The position numbers and the translations under genes were made by a program. From positions 1 through 23,579 of the forward strand of contig JBFMCE010000062.1 in assembly GCA_040754655.1 (NCBI GenBank): a DNA stretch of 23,579 nucleotides, in the 5' to 3' direction. This document shows positions 17,745 to 23,579 of the stretch, piece by piece; the first letter of the stretch is position 1, and each line of letters starts with the position of its first letter. The stretch comes from Bdellovibrionota bacterium (GTDB taxonomy: Bacteria; Bdellovibrionota; UBA1018; UBA923). The notes under the pieces were generated by a model that was not told where the DNA came from, searched no databases, and worked only from the letters and a program-made list of their open reading frames with translations.

Positions 17745-17758
17745 GCAACTTTCGTGCC
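17745..17758 (-). promoter_or_regulatory. sigma54 -24/-12 promoter for AI-2E gene
   Basis: Minus strand GGCACGAAAGTTGC, close to consensus GGCACG-N4-TTGC. Confidence 0.75.
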
Positions 17759-17765
17759 CTTCCGA

Positions 17766-18197
17766 CTAAGATTTCTTCCTCTGAGTTTTCTTTTTCACGG
17801 CTTTATAAGTTTTTTGCTTTTTGCGTTGCGGAACTTTTCCGATGCGCTCATCTCCTTTGAGCAAGAGTTCACAAAGGACGGCCACGCTCTTCTCGAAGTC
17901 TTCGCTGTCTGATGGCACGACTTGCCAATGCGTGGGGGCCGTTCCTAAAAAAGAAATCGAACGCATCGAAGGCAACTGTTTCTTTAAACTCTCATGGTGT
18001 TCACGAGAAGTTGCAATCCAGACCCCATTGTCTTGGGTATGGTCTTCTTTTTCACGCAAAACGATCAAGATCTTCTCGCCCAAATAAGCTGCTACGCATC
18101 CGAACATCGGCCTTGTTTCCAGCGCAAGTTCTTCAAGCGCCTCTAAGACGAAGGCGAAAGGAGGTGGTTTTCGGATGCGTGCCCGAGAGTTCTTCAT
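17766..18197 (-). CDS. TfoX N-terminal-like domain protein with basic tail
   Basis: RPMFGC.A.YLGEKI, NGVWIAT, D.RIGKVP; Lys-rich C-terminus; ATGA overlap with the upstream transporter. Confidence 0.65.
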   Translation of the reverse strand: MKNSRARIRKPPPFAFVLEALEELALETRPMFGCVAAYLGEKILIVLREKEDHTQDNGVWIATSREHHESLKKQLPSMRSISFLGTAPTHWQVVPSDSEDFEKSVAVLCELLLKGDERIGKVPQRKKQKTYKAVKKKTQRKKS

Positions 18198-19516
18198 GCG
18201 TGTGTTTTGCGGGTTCGCGGCGGCGCGCCGACCAGCGCCGCAATGACCAAGTCACCGCTTACGTTTAGGGTGGTTCGACACATATCAAGAAACCGGTCGA
18301 CCCCTAAAATGAGGCCCATCCCTTCAGCCGGGATCCCAACGGATTGCAATAAAATCATGATCAGCGGAAGAGAACCCCCGGGCACGCCAGCCGTTCCTAC
18401 TCCCGCAAGAATAGACATCAAGACTACCTGTACCTGTTGCGAGAGCCCTAACTCAATCCCGTAAACCTGAGCTAAGAACAGTACGGTGATCCCTTCAAAC
18501 AAGGCAGTTCCGTTTTGATTGGCAGTCGCACCCACCGTAAGAACAAAACGCGAAACACTAGAGGGAAGCTTAAGCTTCGTTTCAGCGGTATCGATCGATC
18601 TCGGAAGGGTAGCGTTCGAGGAAGCTGTAGAAAAGGCATAGAGATAGACTTCTCTGCACTTGCTGAAAAACTCTAAGGGCGATCTTCTCGCGACGAACTT
18701 CAGTAAAAATGAGTAAACGACGAATTGTTGCAAAAGAAGCCCTAAAATTACGATGGCGACATAGAAGAATAAAGAACCGAATATGGTGTGACCGAATTTG
18801 AAGGCCGTATTGAAGACGATCGCAAAGACCGCGAAAGGAGCAAGCTTCATCGCGAATTCGACAATCTTCATCGAGGTCTCAAAGATCTGTTCGAGCAGCT
18901 GGATCAGAATATTCTTTTGGTCATCCTTGGGCGAGACCAGGCTCAGTGCGATCCCAAAAATAAGGGCGAAAACCATGAGTGCCAGCATCTCGCCGTCAAG
19001 AGCCCGGGTTGCTGATTCAAGTGGGTTTTTGGGGATCAGTTCAACAAGCGATTGGCTTGCGGGCTTCGCCGAGGCGGCATTTTTTTGGATCGTTTGCAGC
19101 GAGCTTGTCTGCTGTTCAATGAGAGAACGATCCATCTGAAAGCTCTTTCCGGGCTTGAGAGCGTTCACCAGGCCAATGCCAATCAAAACAGAAAGAGAAC
19201 TGGCGATGATGGTGTAAAGCAGGGTGCGGCTGGCGATCTTTCCCAAGCCGTGACTACGTCCGAGCTCATAAACCCCGAGGACTAGCGCCGAGAAAACCAT
19301 GGGCACGACGATCATGAAGATCAATCGAAGAAAGATCTGACCGATCGGTTGCAGGAAGTGGGTATTTGCGCTCAAAAGCCACGCGTTTTGCGCATGAGGG
19401 TGCAAGAGAGTGCCGGCAAGAATTCCTAAGATGAGAGCGATCAACAGCTTAACGTGTGGCTTCAAATTCCCTCCGAGGAAGGCAGACTTGTTATCAGGAA
19501 CTTTTGCACCTGCCAA
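18194..19516 (-). CDS. dicarboxylate/amino acid:cation symporter (DAACS, GltP-like)
   Basis: IFLRLIFMIVVP, AFSTASSNATLP, GATANQNGTALFE, GTAGVPGG, DRFLDMCRTTLNVSGD. Start uncertain (alternative TTG 19465). Confidence 0.94.
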   Translation of the reverse strand: MAGAKVPDNKSAFLGGNLKPHVKLLIALILGILAGTLLHPHAQNAWLLSANTHFLQPIGQIFLRLIFMIVVPMVFSALVLGVYELGRSHGLGKIASRTLLYTIIASSLSVLIGIGLVNALKPGKSFQMDRSLIEQQTSSLQTIQKNAASAKPASQSLVELIPKNPLESATRALDGEMLALMVFALIFGIALSLVSPKDDQKNILIQLLEQIFETSMKIVEFAMKLAPFAVFAIVFNTAFKFGHTIFGSLFFYVAIVILGLLLQQFVVYSFLLKFVARRSPLEFFSKCREVYLYAFSTASSNATLPRSIDTAETKLKLPSSVSRFVLTVGATANQNGTALFEGITVLFLAQVYGIELGLSQQVQVVLMSILAGVGTAGVPGGSLPLIMILLQSVGIPAEGMGLILGVDRFLDMCRTTLNVSGDLVIAALVGAPPRTRKTHA

Positions 19517-19597
19517 AGAACTAATTTAAAAATGGATTTTGAGGGTTGACGACTTTCTTTGACTGTGGTGCTTTGCGTTAAAAAAGGAGACTTCATT

Positions 19598-19852
19598 ATG
19601 GCAAAGACGACTCTGGCGTTTATCTCTGTATTGGGATTTGTTTTCTTAGGAGCTGCCGATCAAAAGCTCGCAAAGAAGCCCTCCCATCAGGTGCATGTCC
19701 AACACGAGCACGTTCATGGTGAAAAGTGCGGCCACACTGCAAAGACTCACGATGATCATGTCGATTATTTGCATGACGGCCACCGCCATCGAGTGCATGC
19801 CGACAAAGAAACCGGCCGTCATGTCGATGAATGCAACGAACCGCAGGCTTAA
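19598..19852 (+). CDS. small exported His-rich metal-binding protein
   Basis: SD AAGGAG, ATG 19598, signal peptide; HEHVHGEKCGH...HDDHVDYLHDGHRH...HVDEC. Confidence 0.8.
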   Translation: MAKTTLAFISVLGFVFLGAADQKLAKKPSHQVHVQHEHVHGEKCGHTAKTHDDHVDYLHDGHRHRVHADKETGRHVDECNEPQA

Positions 19853-19863
19853 AGGCTAAAAAG

Positions 19864-19898
19864 AAGGGACTCGGACCTTTTCTGTCGGGTCGTCCCTT
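19864..19898. terminator. hairpin downstream of His-rich gene (terminator-like)
   Basis: AAGGGAC(19864-70) pairs with GTCCCTT(19892-98) and GACC with GGTC; weak U-tract on the plus strand. Confidence 0.4.
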
Positions 19899-19959
19899 GG
19901 TTTGAGGACTCGAATCTAGTGTATCAATAGATCTGGTTGTGATATTGGGCGTCACAATT

Positions 19960-20679
19960 ATGAAGACATTGTATTTGTTGGCCTTCAGTTTGTTTGTGAT
20001 CATTTGTAATGCGGAAGCAAAGCCAAAATATGGCGAGTCGGCGGAGCTTCTTCGCTATTCCCACGAGTATCTGCGCGAGAACGCAGCCGCGGATTATTGG
20101 GCGCTGAGCCCTTATTACATCGGTACGCCCGGCGAGTGCGCCTGTTCAACCAGTATTACGATGATCGTGAATGCGGCCAGGAATCCGTTAAAACTCACTT
20201 CCGACGATAAGCTTGTCACCGCCAAAGCCTTGCTTGAGGAAGTCAAGACCTCGATCAACTGGAAAGCACGCATCGACAGCGGCAAGGGTGTTTCGCTTCA
20301 TGAGCTGCCGATCGTGCTTGGCGATACGCTGAAGCATTTCAAGGTCGCCGGCGCGAAGCTGGAAGTGGTGCAGATCCAAGATCTTTCAGATGCGACGCTT
20401 GAGAAAGTTCGAAAAGACCTTCTCGAAAACGAGAAGACAGATAAGAACTTCATCGTAGCTAACTTCAATCAAGGAGCCTTCACTGGGGATGCCGATGCGG
20501 GGCATCTCTCACCCGTTGGCGCCTACGATCAAAAACGAGGAAAAGTTCTGATCTTTGACACCGACAGGGAGTGGTACGAACCTTACTGGGTTTCAGAGCA
20601 GACTTTCATTCGGGGAATGGCGACGCTCGACCAGAAAAGCGGCAAGTTCCGCGGTTACGTGAAGGTTTTGCTCAAATAA
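19960..20679 (+). CDS. phytochelatin synthase-like papain-fold enzyme, exported
   Basis: YWALSPYY...ACS..ITMIVNA (Cys), GHLSPVGAYD (His), LIFDTDR (Asp), EPYWVS, RGY; signal peptide ending AEA. Confidence 0.85.
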   Translation: MKTLYLLAFSLFVIICNAEAKPKYGESAELLRYSHEYLRENAAADYWALSPYYIGTPGECACSTSITMIVNAARNPLKLTSDDKLVTAKALLEEVKTSINWKARIDSGKGVSLHELPIVLGDTLKHFKVAGAKLEVVQIQDLSDATLEKVRKDLLENEKTDKNFIVANFNQGAFTGDADAGHLSPVGAYDQKRGKVLIFDTDREWYEPYWVSEQTFIRGMATLDQKSGKFRGYVKVLLK

Positions 20680-20683
20680 GCAA

Positions 20684-22405
20684 ATGGATCGCATGGTAAT
20701 CATGAAGCCGGTGCTTCTCGCACTTCTGGTATTTTTTTTCACGGCCTCGTCTCACGGCGCTACTGAGCAAGGAGCGTCGTGCGAGTTGTTGCTTGAAAAA
20801 GTTCATGCGATAGCGGCTGAAGTTGATCGCGAGAAAACCAAGTTTTGGAAGTCTTATGAAGACCTCCGCAAGCGCTACATCGTACGGGGCGCGTGGCATT
20901 GGGCGAGATTCCAGTTCAGGGAACTGCTCAGGGTTTCAAATAAGAACTCGGTTCCAGCGCATCTCACCAATGATGGTACGTTAGGGTTCGCAAACTGGTA
21001 TGCCAGGTCGGGCACTGATATGGCTGATCCCATCCTTGATTCTCTGGCTGAAAAAAACAAAAGCCCGGAAAAAATCAAAGAAGAGCTGGAATTCACTGAG
21101 AAATCGGTGGGCGAGGTGAATGGTTGGATCAAAAAATACTCAAGCCTAAAGCCTGATCTCGACGAGATTTTCCGTCGAATCCTTGTTTATCGCGCGCAAG
21201 TAAAAGTCTTGAAGTTTCAGCTTGAGCAGCGAGATTCCGAATTCGGGCGCGGACCGATTGTCTTTCAAATGCCTGAAGTCCGAGATGGGAAGGTCAGTTT
21301 TTTCAACTACCGCGTGAATAACCGCACCGATCTCAAGGTGAAGATGGCCAAGGTCGAAGAAGAACACAAAAAGATGACGGGCTCGTGGCTCGCAAGCGGT
21401 CGTCTCCAAGAGCGGCTTTACGAGCAGGCCCTTTTGCGCTCAAGGCTTGAGATTCTGCGCGATCGTCTCGAGTTTCACAAGTCGTTGAGGGGCTCTTTTA
21501 GTCAGCCTGACCGGGAAGCCACTTTGGTTGTTGTGGGAAAACTTTTGACAGAACCTCAATTCTTTCCGCGAGCCGAAGACTATCACAAACTGCAGTCAAA
21601 ACTCTTCTGGTCTGAATTCAGGGATGTGTTTCGAACGATCCGGCAGGTCGACGCGGTTCGCAAGGCCACGGGCGTGTATGATTTCATCACCGAAGCGGAA
21701 AAAATCGATTTAGGCATAGTAAAGCCCGCGACCTTCCTTCCAAAGCTGAGGCTTGCTCTTTTAGGCTTGGCTGTAAGCACAGTCACGGGCGGCGGGTTTT
21801 TTGTGCTCGATTATTCTGACCTTGTGAGGACCCATAACCAAGTGCATCGAGAGCTTGGGCGAAAAAAAACAGAGCCAGACTTTGAAAAAGGCCTCGAAGA
21901 ACATTTGCGCCGCGAATATTGGGTTGAGGTCTTGAAGACGCGTTATGACGACAATCATGTTCCTTTTGCGGAAAAAAGCGAAAGGGGCCTTGAGAAGGTC
22001 TATGAGGAAATGCTTGAGATCCGCAAGCAGCGTAACCGAGGGCTCGCTGAACTCGAGAGAGACAAGGCGTTTCGAGAAAAGGCTTTTGGCCTTTATAAAG
22101 AAGTCGTGGTTTTAGAGCGTCGGGTAGACCTTGCCTCAACAGTAGATTCGCAGGCGTTTGAACGTGGTTTGGCTCTGTACATCCTCGAAAAGTACCCTGA
22201 AGATTATGTCGTTCTTCAAAACGTGGGTGTAAGGGTTTCTGAGTTCTCCGCCTCTTATCCTTTCGTGAGTGAAGCCTTGCTCGTAGACCTTTATCAGATC
22301 GCCCGGTGGCGAACGAAATTCGATGAGGCAAGACGAAACAACCTTGACCTTGAAAAAACCAAGGATGAGTTGTTCATCGATGTTCTTATGAAAAGAGATC
22401 TCTAG
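20684..22405 (+). CDS. hypothetical helical/coiled-coil membrane protein with signal peptide
   Basis: 573 aa; signal ending SHG(A); SCELLL right after cleavage; internal TM LALLGLAVSTVTGGGFFVL; duplicated C-terminal unit. Confidence 0.8.
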   Translation: MDRMVIMKPVLLALLVFFFTASSHGATEQGASCELLLEKVHAIAAEVDREKTKFWKSYEDLRKRYIVRGAWHWARFQFRELLRVSNKNSVPAHLTNDGTLGFANWYARSGTDMADPILDSLAEKNKSPEKIKEELEFTEKSVGEVNGWIKKYSSLKPDLDEIFRRILVYRAQVKVLKFQLEQRDSEFGRGPIVFQMPEVRDGKVSFFNYRVNNRTDLKVKMAKVEEEHKKMTGSWLASGRLQERLYEQALLRSRLEILRDRLEFHKSLRGSFSQPDREATLVVVGKLLTEPQFFPRAEDYHKLQSKLFWSEFRDVFRTIRQVDAVRKATGVYDFITEAEKIDLGIVKPATFLPKLRLALLGLAVSTVTGGGFFVLDYSDLVRTHNQVHRELGRKKTEPDFEKGLEEHLRREYWVEVLKTRYDDNHVPFAEKSERGLEKVYEEMLEIRKQRNRGLAELERDKAFREKAFGLYKEVVVLERRVDLASTVDSQAFERGLALYILEKYPEDYVVLQNVGVRVSEFSASYPFVSEALLVDLYQIARWRTKFDEARRNNLDLEKTKDELFIDVLMKRDL

Positions 22406-23072
22406 AGGGTGCCGGAGAGAGCGTCGGAATCTTTTCCAAAACCGAATGAAGCTCTTGAGGAAGGCGACAGCGGATCTCTACCCAGTCTTCTTTGTAAGGG
22501 TGCCGGAATCTCAAAGTCATGCAATGCAAAAACAGGCGGTTAAGACCGTACTGGGTCCTGAAAAACTGGTTTATCCTCCCTTTGCCGTAGGTCGTGTCTC
22601 CTAAAATGTGGTGGCGTAGATGGGCAAGATGCCTTCTGATCTGATGCCTCCGACCCGTAAAGATCCTCACGCGCAACAGCGAGCCTTCGGGTGACGTCGA
22701 AATTCGTTGGAAGGAAGTCTTGGCTTCTTGCGGTTTCCCATTTTCACTGGTCAGCGGGCGCTCGATCAGTCCTTGTTCGGGCGGCTCTCCCCGAACGAAA
22801 GCCAAGTACTCTTTGAGCGCCTCGCTGCTTTGCAGATTTCTTTGGACCAGGCTTGCGGCCGTGCTTGACCGCGCGAAAACCACCGCGCCTGACGCCGCGC
22901 GATCAATGCGGTTCACTGGAAACACGGGCTCGCCAAGCTTTTGGTGGACGAGTTGCAAAAGAAAAACGCGGTCGGAACTTTCTTTTGAACGGTGCACTAG
23001 TAATCCGCTCGGCTTGTTCACGATGGCCATTGCATCGTCGAGATAAAGGATTTCGGGGTCAAATTCAGACAT
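22386..23072 (-). CDS. truC: RluA-family pseudouridine synthase, TruC-like
   Basis: VNKPSGLLVHRS, NRIDRAASG (catalytic Asp), TGRRHQIRRH, ILGDTTYGKGR.N, RLFLH; no S4 domain; ATG 23072 is the likely start. Confidence 0.85.
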   Translation of the reverse strand: MSEFDPEILYLDDAMAIVNKPSGLLVHRSKESSDRVFLLQLVHQKLGEPVFPVNRIDRAASGAVVFARSSTAASLVQRNLQSSEALKEYLAFVRGEPPEQGLIERPLTSENGKPQEAKTSFQRISTSPEGSLLRVRIFTGRRHQIRRHLAHLRHHILGDTTYGKGRINQFFRTQYGLNRLFLHCMTLRFRHPYKEDWVEIRCRLPQELHSVLEKIPTLSPAPSRDLFS

Positions 23073-23174
23073 GCGGGTGAGGCATAGCGGATATGGAAAA
23101 AAACAGCAAGGTTGACGGGTATGGAAGCTGGTGTAACTTGGAAGGGATTCAATACACACACCAAGGAGCTGCTC

Positions 23175-23558
23175 ATGAACGATAGGGATTATAATTCCGA
23201 ACGCCGTAGATTTTTCAGAATTGGTGCTCTTAGTTTGGCATCTCTGTTCGTTTTACCCAAGATCAGATTTCTAGGAGAAGACCCTCTTGCCCATGCCCAA
23301 GCTGGCAAAAGTACTGCGCAGAAGCTCGAGCCCGTAAAAGAGTCTGATGCTTTGGCCAAGAGCTTGAATTATGTTGAAAATGCGAAAGCCGTAAAAACGG
23401 GAAAACGCGCCGCTGATCCGCAAACGAAAGATCAGTTTTGCGACAATTGTATGTTCTACGGAAGTTTGGATAAGGAAAAAGGCACCTGTCAGATCTTCCA
23501 AGGCAAGACCGTTCGCGCCAAGGGCTGGTGTGCTTCTTGGGCAAAGAAACCTGCTTAA
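23175..23558 (+). CDS. high-potential iron-sulfur protein (HiPIP), Tat-exported
   Basis: RRRFF Tat signal; AKSLNYV; C-x2-C (CDNCMFY), CQIF, GWCASW give four Cys ligands; SD AAGGAG before ATG 23175. Confidence 0.93.
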   Translation: MNDRDYNSERRRFFRIGALSLASLFVLPKIRFLGEDPLAHAQAGKSTAQKLEPVKESDALAKSLNYVENAKAVKTGKRAADPQTKDQFCDNCMFYGSLDKEKGTCQIFQGKTVRAKGWCASWAKKPA

Positions 23559-23579
23559 CTTTAGTGACTTGAATTCGAG

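Noticed and set aside
6487..23115. AGCAAGGTTGA present near 6487 and 23105
   Set aside because: Only 11 bp, no shared context, no GG at -24; chance is plausible.
1..23579. CRISPR array, tRNA/rRNA, prophage, tnpB
   Set aside because: No regularly spaced repeats, cloverleaf, phage structural genes or RuvC-type ORF seen by eye.

Overview
Bacterial chromosomal window, probably Bdellovibrionota/Oligoflexia (inferred from gene content, not a search). Left to right: partial lemA; degenerate hemerythrin; single-domain response regulator; orphan phage-type annealing-like protein; CBS-aceB-aceA-CBS/DUF2267 glyoxylate-shunt cluster; an AT-richer island with an orphan secreted protein and an HUH/Y1 (RAYT-like) transposase bracketed by a 20-bp inverted repeat; exported M48, M3 and S8 peptidases; FecR protein; exported flavin amine oxidase; AI-2E and DAACS transporters; TfoX-N-like protein; His-rich peptide next to a phytochelatin-synthase-like enzyme; a large orphan membrane protein; TruC-like synthase; HiPIP. 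Best leads: (1) an ~816-bp Y1-HUH element with apparent terminal inverted repeats; (2) an unannotated 10-aa ORF MGKCDPLLKK with a strong SD, whose C-x-x-L-L motif recurs at the termini of unrelated exported proteins; (3) four sigma54 -24/-12 boxes suggesting a stress regulon that includes the glyoxylate shunt. No rRNA, tRNA or CRISPR array seen.
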